Shown here one piece after another: positions 29,560-39,028 of a DNA stretch of 64,000 bases; position 1 is the first letter of the stretch, and every line of letters starts with the position of its first letter. The notes under the pieces were generated by a model. The model ran no database searches. It was not told the DNA's origin and saw nothing but the letters and a program-made list of their open reading frames with translations. The position numbers and the translations under genes were made by a program. This DNA comes from an uncultured Spirochaetota bacterium. GTDB lineage: Bacteria > Spirochaetota > Brevinematia > Brevinematales > JAOACQ01. The stretch spans positions 25,732-89,731 of the forward strand of contig CAWAOD010000012.1 in the NCBI GenBank assembly GCA_963783575.1, read 5' to 3'.

Positions 29560-30345
29560 ATGAATAGTCATTTAAACAGTTACGGCTGGCTTCCGGACCT
29601 TCCGGATCATCGCGATCTGACTTACGCAGCTCCCGCTAAAATATTGGCCAAACTACCTCCGAAAATGGATTTGCGGAAAAACTGCCCGCCTGTTTATGAT
29701 CAAGGACAACTTGGAAGCTGTACGGCAAACGCTATTGGTGGAGCATTTGAATTTGAGCTGAATAAACAGAAAGCCCCGGATTTTATGCCATCCCGGCTCT
29801 TTATTTACTACAACGAGAGAGCGATCGAAAATACGGTAAATAGTGACAGCGGGGCCCAGATTCGGGATGGTATCAAAACTGTAAACAAGCTGGGTGTTTG
29901 CCCCGAAAAAATTTGGCCTTATAATACCAGCGAATTCACTCAAAAACCGCATGCCGTCTGTTATACCGACGCTTTAAAACATCAGGTTATTTCCTATCAG
30001 AGAATCATCACCGATATCAATCATATGAAGGGATGCCTTGCCGAAGGCTATCCTTTTGTTTTCGGATTTACAGTTTATGAAAGCTTTGAGAGTAGTGCTG
30101 TTGCCCAAACCGGTATTGTCAATCTTCCTCAAAAAAAAGAAAAAGTCCTGGGCGGGCATGCAGTAATGGCAGCCGGATACGATGACGCCTCACAGCGTTT
30201 TATAGTCCGCAACAGCTGGGGGATAAACTGGGGACAGAGCGGTTATTTTACAATGCCTTACGCTTATTTAACAAACCCCAACCTGGCGGATGATTTCTGG
30301 ACGATCAGGCTTGTGGAAGTAAACCCGGCGGTGAAGAAGAAATAA
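29560..30345 (+). CDS. Papain-like cysteine peptidase, family C1A (xylellain type)
   Basis: YGWLPDLPD pro-region; QGQLGSCTANA (Gln/Cys), GGHAV (His), VRNSWG (Asn); no signal peptide. Confidence 0.93.
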   Translation: MNSHLNSYGWLPDLPDHRDLTYAAPAKILAKLPPKMDLRKNCPPVYDQGQLGSCTANAIGGAFEFELNKQKAPDFMPSRLFIYYNERAIENTVNSDSGAQIRDGIKTVNKLGVCPEKIWPYNTSEFTQKPHAVCYTDALKHQVISYQRIITDINHMKGCLAEGYPFVFGFTVYESFESSAVAQTGIVNLPQKKEKVLGGHAVMAAGYDDASQRFIVRNSWGINWGQSGYFTMPYAYLTNPNLADDFWTIRLVEVNPAVKKK

Positions 30346-30469
30346 ATTACAGCAATCCTAATATAGGGAAAAATGGCATGCAATACTATATTTTTTTTAA
30401 TTTGGTATAGTTAAGGGTGTTATAAAGCTGAGTTTTTGACAATACGTATTAATATAGGAGGAGAATGTA

Positions 30470-32257
30470 ATGGTGATAAAAATATGGTATATCCCTATTC
30501 TTGTTATTACTCTTATTTCATTATATGGCTATGGATATTCTGAATCTCTTTTTAATATGTCTTTGAGATGGCAGACTAATTTAGAAACGATTAAAGGCCT
30601 TGATATAAGATCTAATACTATATCTAGCATTCTATCAGATATCTATAACAATAAAAGTGATATACAAGTATTGGATTCATTAATTACCAGTGAAATTAGT
30701 GTAGGTAAGAAAATAGATAATATAAGTAATAAAGCTTCAAAAAATGCGATAAAAAATTTAGTTACTGAAAATTATACAGGAATACCCACACAAACTCCTC
30801 AAGAAAATATTGAAACCGCAATCCTTTGGGGTTTGACTGATTTTATTGTGGACAGGGCAAAACAGGAAATTATTTTAACCTTAATTATGGAATTACAAAA
30901 CAACCCTATTTTTACTAATTATATGCCTAATACTTATAAAATACTTCCTATTGCTGATTCAATGAATTTTAAATATATGTTAAATACCCTTCAACAATCT
31001 GCAATAAAAGACTTTAATGAACTGCCTGATAATATTTATAAATATAATTCTTCTAATTCTAATTTTAATAAAATTCTTTATAGTCTGAAGCTTTTTTGGG
31101 ATATATCCTTATCTTTACAAAAAGGTAGTTCTCCATCAAATGTTCTAAATGCTATAGATTGGTCTGAACTATACAAAGTATTTCCAAGTGATAAACTTAA
31201 AAAATTGATTTCTATGATCGATTCTTTTTCTGACAACAATAAAATTTCTATTAGCCTTGACGATTATCAAAGTCTTAATGACACAGGAGAGCAAATATTC
31301 CTTTGTATTCTACATAATAATGATACTAATTTATTTTCATATTCTTTAGATGAAATAAAAACGGATCATGACAAATTGATGGAGCCATTGTCTGATTTAT
31401 TAGATTTTTTTGGTACAATTGAAGACCAATATAATGATATTCAGGAATTGATAACAGATACAAATAAAAAAATAGAAATGAAAAATGATATAACAGAATA
31501 TATAAATAATGATATTGACATTATACGTTTATTGATTTCAACTTTTTCTAATCAAAATGATAGTCAAGTAATTGAGTGTCTGACATTATTAGATGATTCC
31601 AAAAATATTTATAATGATATTTGCAATCACGACTATAGTTCAATAGTTTTACAAAGTTACCAAATCCTTTTGGAAATTGATCCAAAAATAAATAATAGTG
31701 ATAAAATGAAAGAATTCGTTAGATACTCGTCAATGATTGCAAGTATGGCTTCAGCCTCTAACTCCAATCAAGTTCAAGAAATATTGGATAATACAGCATT
31801 ACCTGCCGGAAGTTTCAGACAAAAATTCCAAACTCCCTGGTCAATTACTCTAAATGCATATCTAGGTCTTAATTTTGGATACGAACAAACAATAGATCCG
31901 TCAATAAATTATGGAGGATTTGTATTTGGAATTACTGCACCGGTGGGTATTGAATTTGATTGGAAATGGTTCGGGATATATATACCAATAATCGATGTTG
32001 GTGCTTTAGCAAGTGCCCGTATATATGGTGGTACTAATATTTCAACCAGTTCCGTTATTGGATTCCAACAGGTATTATCACCGGGTTTATTTGTTAGATT
32101 TGGATTTAATGATTTACCACTAGCAATTGGTATAGGAGGGCAATACTGCCCTCAATTACGGGAATATCTTTATAATTCCGACTCATCAAAACAAAATATT
32201 GATGTATGGAGAGTTGTAGCATTTGTGGCTATTGACATACCAATACTAAATTTTTGA
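30470..32257 (+). CDS. Secreted hypothetical protein: helical body plus beta-strand-rich C-terminus ending in Phe
   Basis: AGGAGG RBS; N-terminal hydrophobic leader; alternating strands (ITLNAYLG, GITAPVGIEF, SPGLFVRF, FVAIDIPILNF); visibly more AT-rich than its neighbours. Confidence 0.75.
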   Translation: MVIKIWYIPILVITLISLYGYGYSESLFNMSLRWQTNLETIKGLDIRSNTISSILSDIYNNKSDIQVLDSLITSEISVGKKIDNISNKASKNAIKNLVTENYTGIPTQTPQENIETAILWGLTDFIVDRAKQEIILTLIMELQNNPIFTNYMPNTYKILPIADSMNFKYMLNTLQQSAIKDFNELPDNIYKYNSSNSNFNKILYSLKLFWDISLSLQKGSSPSNVLNAIDWSELYKVFPSDKLKKLISMIDSFSDNNKISISLDDYQSLNDTGEQIFLCILHNNDTNLFSYSLDEIKTDHDKLMEPLSDLLDFFGTIEDQYNDIQELITDTNKKIEMKNDITEYINNDIDIIRLLISTFSNQNDSQVIECLTLLDDSKNIYNDICNHDYSSIVLQSYQILLEIDPKINNSDKMKEFVRYSSMIASMASASNSNQVQEILDNTALPAGSFRQKFQTPWSITLNAYLGLNFGYEQTIDPSINYGGFVFGITAPVGIEFDWKWFGIYIPIIDVGALASARIYGGTNISTSSVIGFQQVLSPGLFVRFGFNDLPLAIGIGGQYCPQLREYLYNSDSSKQNIDVWRVVAFVAIDIPILNF

Positions 32258-32393
32258 ACGTGTTGAAATCATCCCCAATATAATAGTTTTGTCTGTTATA
32301 TCTTTACTAACAAATAACTTCATTAATGTCTTTCTTCAATGGTTCATTAAATAATATTCCAAGTAATATTATAAACATTTAAAGGAGGATTCT

Positions 32394-33296
32394 ATGAACA
32401 ACCCAAACCCCCCAACTCCAAAAGGATCAAAGCTTCGTAAGCATGAAATCGCGATTCCCCATCTTGAGGACTTATTGTGGGATGCTCCGAATGCCGTTAA
32501 ATCAATTCAAACTATATACGACTATCTTCGGGATGATGCTTTATCATCTATAAACTGGTATACCAGGCAGAGGAAAAAAAAGCGTTTTTGGGCTATCTCT
32601 ATTAGAAACATTTCCGTTGTTCTTGCTGGTATTGGAGCAATCATTCCATTGATATCCACTGTATTAAATAACAAAATTAGTTTAGGAATAGATTCTGGTA
32701 TTATAGTAACCATTGTTCTCGCTTTAGCTGGCGGATTAATACTTTTTGATAAAATTCTGGGCATATCAAGCGGCTGGATACGTTATATAAAAACAGAATT
32801 GAAAATAAGGCAGGCACTTGAACTGTTCGAACTTGACTGGGAAGCACAGCGGGCTTCATGGCTTGGAAATCCACCGTCATCCGGTCAGATTGCTTCAATC
32901 TTACAGAAAGCTACAAATTTTGCTTCCGAACTGAATAATTTTATCAGTGATGAGACAAATGCATGGATTGAAGAATTTCAAAACTCTTTGAAACAAATCG
33001 ATGATATGGTTAAGATTCGTTCTGCAGAAGCGCAGACACGATCCGATTCTGAAAAACCAGGTTTGGTAAATCTGACAGTGACAAATGGTGATCAGTCGAA
33101 TGGCGGCTGGAAGCTTTTAATTGACGATAATATTGTAAACACATATAATAATAAATCCGCAGTTTTACAAAGCCTTAAGCCCGGGCCGCATGTAATTAGA
33201 ATTGAAGGGAATATAAGCGGTAAACCAGTAAATTCGGAAAAAGCTTTCAGTATTCCGGCCGGGGGAATTATATCCTTAGAAATTGTATTAGAATAA
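32394..33296 (+). CDS. SLATT-family 2TM effector with C-terminal beta-sandwich (PEGA-like) domain
   Basis: INWY..QRKKKR, TM1, TM2, then FDKILGISSGWIRY...FELDW, the SLATT_2-like pattern; C-terminus LLIDD...LKPGPHVIRIEG. Confidence 0.75.
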   Translation: MNNPNPPTPKGSKLRKHEIAIPHLEDLLWDAPNAVKSIQTIYDYLRDDALSSINWYTRQRKKKRFWAISIRNISVVLAGIGAIIPLISTVLNNKISLGIDSGIIVTIVLALAGGLILFDKILGISSGWIRYIKTELKIRQALELFELDWEAQRASWLGNPPSSGQIASILQKATNFASELNNFISDETNAWIEEFQNSLKQIDDMVKIRSAEAQTRSDSEKPGLVNLTVTNGDQSNGGWKLLIDDNIVNTYNNKSAVLQSLKPGPHVIRIEGNISGKPVNSEKAFSIPAGGIISLEIVLE

Positions 33297-33336
33297 AATT
33301 CATCAACTATCTTAAATCTTTAACAGGAGTTGTTAT

Positions 33337-34725
33337 ATGTCAAAAATCAATGTCTGGACATTGAATGCTGCCGAAGGGCTTTTACCCGATCCTAACAGTC
33401 TTCTGAGCAATCTGACTTATACCACAGAAAGTTCGCAAAGGGGTGATGATCCTTGGGTCTTTAACTGGGATGAAATCCAGGGCGGAATACGCAAAACCTT
33501 TGATGATCCTTCCCTGACTTATTCGGGAAGCGACCCGGTTATGAAATTTTTCTGGACGAACAACAACAATCCGCATAATCTTATGCCTGATACCGAATAT
33601 TTTGTACCAATAGCAGCCAAGTGCATTGGAAGCCGTTTTGATAGGACCGGTGATTTTCCCGATTTAATCCCTGTTAAAAATTTTTACTATAGTGAATGGA
33701 AAACAGCATTCCCTGATGGCGGTGAACTGTATAAAGTTTTCTGGGATATGGGATGCGGGCCGGGAAAATTGTCCAAAATGATTACAAAAAATTATACTGG
33801 ATATTATGACATACTTAAGCAAAGCGGCGATAAGCATATACTTATCGGCTACAGCCAGGGCGGCCTTGTTGCTCGTTACCTCGCTTGGCTTGACGAATAT
33901 ATTTTTAAAGAAAATCTAATAAAAGGCATTATAACAATAGCCTCGGCAAATTTCGGCTCACCGCTCGCTAATCCTGATAACCGAGAAAATATTACCGACC
34001 AGATTATAGCAATCCTTATACAAATCCTGGTAAGCAATGAATCGATGCGCAATGCATTGACCGGGAAACTTCAGGAGAAAATCAATTTTTCGGATGTAAT
34101 CTCGGCACTACGTTATCTTATAAGCATTACACCCCCGGATCAGGAGAAAGACCTTTTCGGAACCCTTGTTTCGGCTTTTAAATGGCTGAGCGGCCTGGAC
34201 GCCAATGACCCCGACTGCAAGGCGATCAGCTTTATAGATCTCAATATTATGAATATCGAAAAAAATCCTGTTTCAGTACTTGCTTCCGTCAATAAAAAAC
34301 CTTTATCAAGGATTATTCAGGGTGCTCTTCAAAACGGGGATAACCGAGCAGATGATATGCTCAGCGGCATTAACGGCTTTTTATCAATTTTGACTCCTTC
34401 AAATATAAAAGATATGGTTACTGAAACATATAAAAGCAATATTATGAAGGAAACAACCGCGGTCATAACCGATAATACGGTGAAAGATAAAATAGCCTCT
34501 TATTATGTAAACAGCAATATTCCCACCAAAGGCCATGATTTTGTTATCCCATCGGTTTATGAAAAAATTGACAGTGCAGGCAACAATTTCCTGGGAAACA
34601 TTTTCAACGGAAAAACAAATCATATTACAGGCTGTAAAAGCTCTTTCCAGGGCGGTAATCTAATACCTCTGCGGAATATGCTTCGAGATATGAGAACAAA
34701 ATTGAAAAATCAAGGCATGCTATAA
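33337..34725 (+). CDS. Alpha/beta hydrolase (lipase/PGAP1-like)
   Basis: Nucleophile elbow ILIGYSQGGLVAR; ITIASANFGSPLA; HDFVIP and TNH as candidate Asp/His. Confidence 0.8.
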   Translation: MSKINVWTLNAAEGLLPDPNSLLSNLTYTTESSQRGDDPWVFNWDEIQGGIRKTFDDPSLTYSGSDPVMKFFWTNNNNPHNLMPDTEYFVPIAAKCIGSRFDRTGDFPDLIPVKNFYYSEWKTAFPDGGELYKVFWDMGCGPGKLSKMITKNYTGYYDILKQSGDKHILIGYSQGGLVARYLAWLDEYIFKENLIKGIITIASANFGSPLANPDNRENITDQIIAILIQILVSNESMRNALTGKLQEKINFSDVISALRYLISITPPDQEKDLFGTLVSAFKWLSGLDANDPDCKAISFIDLNIMNIEKNPVSVLASVNKKPLSRIIQGALQNGDNRADDMLSGINGFLSILTPSNIKDMVTETYKSNIMKETTAVITDNTVKDKIASYYVNSNIPTKGHDFVIPSVYEKIDSAGNNFLGNIFNGKTNHITGCKSSFQGGNLIPLRNMLRDMRTKLKNQGML

Positions 34726-34824
34726 AAAAGGTAACAAGAAGCATTCTTTATTTTTTAGTAGCATTAGTTTATAATTATTACTTCCACAATATTATAGTCG
34801 ATACAACAATCAGGGGTTTTTATA

Positions 34825-35928
34825 ATGAAATTGCTTAATTCAATCCGCGGAGAAATTCGCGGACTCAATCATTATGCCGAGGGAAAGATGCCCTTAAAAT
34901 CAAAGGTTAATAAATGTTTGAAGCTGTCCTCCAACGAAAACCTAATAGGAACATCACCTCTTGTTGCTAAAGCCATAGAAGTTGAGCTGAAAAAGGGTTT
35001 GACAATCTATCCCGATTCCGGAATGAAACTGCTTAAATCAGCGGTTATAGATTTCTGGAAAAGGCATTCGATTAAATTAAAACCAGGTGAATTATTGTTC
35101 GGCGATGCTTCCGGCGAAGTCCTTAATATGATACTTTCAGCGTTTGTCAGCCAGGGGGACACGGTCATCATTCCCGAGAAAAGCTTTATTCTTTACGCCC
35201 TGCTTTCCGCTCCAAAAGGCGCTGATGTGATTGAAACAAAAAGGAATAATTTCAGAGCCGATCCGGAAGAAATAATAAAGGCAGTTAAAATTTCAAAAAA
35301 TCCTAAAATAATTATCCTGGCAAATCCGGATAATCCGACATCAACATTCCTTGATTCAAGCGAAATCGAACGGATTTTGAAAAATACGCCTGAAGAAATA
35401 GCGGTATTGATCGATGAAGCTTATATCCATTATGCCGGGATAGATAGTTCCATAATTAAATTTAAGGATAAATACCCAAATCTGATCATCAGCTTTACAT
35501 TCTCAAAAGTTTACGGTCTGGCAGGGCTCAGGGCGGGTTATGCCGTTATGAATGAAATGATTGCGGAACAGATCGAGAAAATCCGGCTCCCCTTCAACCT
35601 GGGATCGCTTCAGCAGGCAGGCGCGGCAGCAGCAATAAAGGATGATGATTTTGTAAAACAGACCGTTGAGATAATTAATTACGGAAGAAAATATCTTGAA
35701 AAAGAAATGGATTCTTTAAGGATATGGCATTTAAAATCTTACGGCAACTTTATTTTTGCAGATTTTGGAGACCGATGCACAAAGATTATTGAAAAACTTG
35801 AGGAAAACGGTATTTCTGTAAGAACCCTTGGAGCTTTCGGATTCGGCGATAATTACGTCCGTATAACAATCGGCAGGCCGGATGATAACGAATATTTAAT
35901 TGAAAAATTAAGAGAAGCTGTTAAATAA
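34825..35928 (+). CDS. hisC: Histidinol-phosphate aminotransferase
   Basis: KLSSNEN, YPD, ANPDNPT, IDEAY, TFSKVYGLAGLRAGY, VRITIG. Confidence 0.92.
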   Translation: MKLLNSIRGEIRGLNHYAEGKMPLKSKVNKCLKLSSNENLIGTSPLVAKAIEVELKKGLTIYPDSGMKLLKSAVIDFWKRHSIKLKPGELLFGDASGEVLNMILSAFVSQGDTVIIPEKSFILYALLSAPKGADVIETKRNNFRADPEEIIKAVKISKNPKIIILANPDNPTSTFLDSSEIERILKNTPEEIAVLIDEAYIHYAGIDSSIIKFKDKYPNLIISFTFSKVYGLAGLRAGYAVMNEMIAEQIEKIRLPFNLGSLQQAGAAAAIKDDDFVKQTVEIINYGRKYLEKEMDSLRIWHLKSYGNFIFADFGDRCTKIIEKLEENGISVRTLGAFGFGDNYVRITIGRPDDNEYLIEKLREAVK

Positions 35929-35960
35929 AATTTTCTTTTAAGATATAAAGGAGCTGTCCG

Positions 35961-36548
35961 ATGAAAGCCATAAGAACAGACAAAGAAATTGAGAACCTGT
36001 TAATGAAATCCGAAGCATTACTGACAGGACATTTTATTTTATCTTCAGGTCTTCACAGCAACCGTTACGTACAATGTGCAAAATATTTTCAATTTCCTCA
36101 GTTTGCGGAAACCGCGGCAAAAAAATTGAAAGCTCTTTATAAGAATGAAAAAATCGATGTGGTAATCGGAGGTGCTTTCGGCGGTATTACCATCGCTTAT
36201 GAACTGGCAAGAGCTTTTAGAGTAAGAGGTATTTTTGCCGAGAGAGTAGAAGGTAAATTTCAGCTAAGAAGGGGATTTGAGATAAAAAGCGGGGAGAATG
36301 TGATTATTGCCGAAGATGTTATTACAACTGGAAAATCAATCGGCGAAGCGGCTGACCTTGTGAATGAAAATGACGGTAAAATAATCGGGGTTGCTTCCTT
36401 AATCGATAGGAATATGGCAGAACCGGAGAACCTTCCGTTCAGGATCGAATGGCTCCAAACTGTTCGGGCAGAGGCCTTTAAGGCTGAAGATTGCTTTTTA
36501 TGTAAAGAGGGGAAACTGCCCCCGGTAAAACCCGGCAGCCGGGTATGA
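35961..36548 (+). CDS. pyrE: Orotate phosphoribosyltransferase
   Basis: GHFILSSGLHS..YVQC; PRPP motif IIAEDVITTGKS; C-terminal KPGSR. Confidence 0.94.
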   Translation: MKAIRTDKEIENLLMKSEALLTGHFILSSGLHSNRYVQCAKYFQFPQFAETAAKKLKALYKNEKIDVVIGGAFGGITIAYELARAFRVRGIFAERVEGKFQLRRGFEIKSGENVIIAEDVITTGKSIGEAADLVNENDGKIIGVASLIDRNMAEPENLPFRIEWLQTVRAEAFKAEDCFLCKEGKLPPVKPGSRV

Positions 36549-36575
36549 AATAATCGTCTTAATAATTTCGGATCT

Positions 36576-36986
36576 TTATGATTCGCTTATAATTTTTATA
36601 GACTCAATAATTTTTGACTGATCATTGACACCATTGTTTTGTTTTAATGCTTTTATTTTATCTATATGGTAAGATTCTCCGGTTAAAAGGCTGTCAATAT
36701 CGTAAAAACTCCTCAATTCTTCAAGGAAAGTATGAACAATTATATCGCCGAAATCAAGCAGGCTCCATCCTCCATGCCACTCTTCCATTGGGTTTTTAAG
36801 AATAACTTTGTGTTTATCCATATAATCGATAAGCTTATTCCTGACGGCCTCAAGCTGAATAATGCTATCCGCCGTGCTTACAATAAAGTAATCAGCAAGC
36901 ATAGACTTCCCTAACCCGTTATAAACCTTTATATCCCGTATTTTTAACTTTTCTATCTCTTTTATAATTCCCGTTAATAACTTCAT
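36576..36986 (-). CDS. rsfS: Ribosome silencing factor
   Basis: ADYFIVST, WSLLDFGDIIVHTF, RSFYDI. Confidence 0.88.
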   Translation of the reverse strand: MKLLTGIIKEIEKLKIRDIKVYNGLGKSMLADYFIVSTADSIIQLEAVRNKLIDYMDKHKVILKNPMEEWHGGWSLLDFGDIIVHTFLEELRSFYDIDSLLTGESYHIDKIKALKQNNGVNDQSKIIESIKIISES

Positions 36987-37061
36987 TTATTCTCCATATT
37001 TCTTCTTAAATAAAAATCATTATTTCGATTTATTTATGTGCAAAAGATTATTCAATATAGC

Positions 37062-37080
37062 TCAAGCGGCACGCTTGTTA
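37062..37080. repeat. 19-bp mini-hairpin repeat, copy 2
   Basis: Identical to 22896-22914; includes the stop codon of the lipoprotein gene. Confidence 0.8.
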
Positions 37081-37863
37081 GAATTTCATCAAAGTTCTCG
37101 CTACTGCATAAGGATCCATTTCTTTCAAAATAACATTATAATAAACATCCAGCAGTTCGGATGTATTCAATCTCGTAAGGCTTGTTCTTTTCTTTAATTC
37201 GTTAAACGCCATATCCGCAGTAACAAGTTTGGTTACTCCGGAATCAACCTTTTGAGCCGCTAATATGACATTACCGTTAGTAAACTCATTCACCCCTTGA
37301 AAGTCTTTTAAAATCTCAAAGACATGATAAAGCTCTCTTCTCGAAACCTCTGGAAAAGAAATATTCCTGAAAAATTTAATAATTTGATCGTTGGAGTATC
37401 CATTTAAACGGTATTCCGTCTTAAGATTATCAATAAATTTTTTAAATTCGCGGTTATTATTATAGAGGTTATTGAAATCTTCTGAAAAATTACTATTCCT
37501 GGCAAAATCAAGCTGGGATTTTTCATTAAAAAAGTTCATAAAAGAGTAAAAATTATTCCTGTTAAGTTCTTTCAATATAATTTCCCTGAAAAAATGGGCA
37601 GTCTGTTTTGCATCAAAAGTAGTGATTGCTTCATATTGCTGGACTTTAATGAATTCATTCGAAAGTTTTTTGTCTGCTTCTATCCTCTTTGAAAAAGAAG
37701 CTGCCAATTGATCGTAATCTCCATTTCTGAATGCGTCCTTTTCGTCATTATTCAAAAGCTTATAGTAATTGTCTATTCTCCCCTGGTAGCGGTACTTTTC
37801 ACTCGTAACTGCGCATCCTGAAATAAAAACGATCATAAAAAAGATGATTAATGATTTATTCAT
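37078..37863 (-). CDS. Hypothetical lipoprotein
   Basis: Signal peptide with lipobox ISGC. Confidence 0.75.
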   Translation of the reverse strand: MNKSLIIFFMIVFISGCAVTSEKYRYQGRIDNYYKLLNNDEKDAFRNGDYDQLAASFSKRIEADKKLSNEFIKVQQYEAITTFDAKQTAHFFREIILKELNRNNFYSFMNFFNEKSQLDFARNSNFSEDFNNLYNNNREFKKFIDNLKTEYRLNGYSNDQIIKFFRNISFPEVSRRELYHVFEILKDFQGVNEFTNGNVILAAQKVDSGVTKLVTADMAFNELKKRTSLTRLNTSELLDVYYNVILKEMDPYAVARTLMKF

Positions 37864-37878
37864 ATTTTTCCCCTGAAT

Positions 37879-38607
37879 TTATTCATTCTGATTATCTTCT
37901 TCATTAAGAGTCTGCCCGCTAGGTATCAATATATTTTCATAAATCTGGGTATATTCGTCAGGTTCATATTCAAAATCATCATCGGAAACTGTCTGATTAA
38001 AACTATCGTATTTTATTGCCAACTCAATACCTACTCCCAGCGGATTTTGCGCGTCAACTTTTAATATATCCCCGGCATCGCTGGCAATCATATTAATGCT
38101 TTTAAAGCCCGCCGTGTTGCTTTTCGGAACGAAAGTCAGTTTATATGCAATAACGTTCCCGTATTGTACTTTGTATCCTGTTTTCGGCAGTGTAGGTATG
38201 TATTCTTTTAACAACCTGTTCAAATTCCAGCCGATCATCGGATTATTTTTACTCTTCTCCAGAATCTCATTAATGGCTATATTCTGATCCTTAAAAACAA
38301 GCCATAATCTTTTACCGTCAGAAACAAACTTCTGCCCGGTTTCAGCAGGTTCGTTATTTCCGACTTTATTCAAAAAATTCATAAGAAACTTGTTCGGTGA
38401 TTTATATTTAATCGAACCCCAGAAGGTTTTGTTATTATATGTATAGACAAAAGACCCTGTGAAAGTTTTTGTCTTTATAATTTTATCTTTAACAATTTGA
38501 ATGATATTATCGGCGGTAAAAACATCAATTTTAGCGGCATAACTTATGGAAAATAACATAAGGTACATAACTACCGTTAAAGATACAATAAAACCCTTCA
38601 TATCCAA
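37879..38607 (-). CDS. lolA: LolA-family outer-membrane lipoprotein carrier
   Basis: Signal peptide; GSIKYKSPNKF, FVSDGKRLW, V.DDDFEY.P pattern. Confidence 0.75.
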   Translation of the reverse strand: MDMKGFIVSLTVVMYLMLFSISYAAKIDVFTADNIIQIVKDKIIKTKTFTGSFVYTYNNKTFWGSIKYKSPNKFLMNFLNKVGNNEPAETGQKFVSDGKRLWLVFKDQNIAINEILEKSKNNPMIGWNLNRLLKEYIPTLPKTGYKVQYGNVIAYKLTFVPKSNTAGFKSINMIASDAGDILKVDAQNPLGVGIELAIKYDSFNQTVSDDDFEYEPDEYTQIYENILIPSGQTLNEEDNQNE

Positions 38608-38642
38608 ATATATCCTCTTGTTTTATTAATCAACAAAAATAA

Positions 38643-38726
38643 TGCCGGGGACGGGACTTGAACCCACACAGGCGTTAGCCCACTAGAACCTGAATCTAGC
38701 GCGTCTGCCAATTCCGCCACCCCGGC
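38643..38726 (-). tRNA. tRNA-Leu(CAG)
   Basis: GCCGGGG...CTAGA-TT-CAG-GT-TCTAG, long variable arm, GGTTCAAGTCC, CCCCGGCA. Confidence 0.96.
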
Positions 38727-39028
38727 TTACACATGTATTTTAAAGCAATAATGAATTTTTCTCAATAAAAGACAATATTCATATTATTATCAATCGAATT
38801 TTAAAGAAAACATTGGGATCATGCAATTAATTCATGTATTACATTATTATTTAATTATTAAATATAGTATTATATATTAATAATTCTTAACATTTATTAT
38901 TATAATAATTATTGTTTTGAACAAAAAATGAATTTTAAATTAGTTGGCAAATTTAACCGATAATCGTTAATATAAATAAATATTTAAAATGTTTTATTTT
39001 AACCAGAATTACTATTCGGGGGACAAAA

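Noticed and set aside
29560..34725. CBASS/SMODS system or prophage
   Set aside because: No nucleotidyltransferase, SLOG, integrase or phage structural gene is recognisable in or near the cassette.
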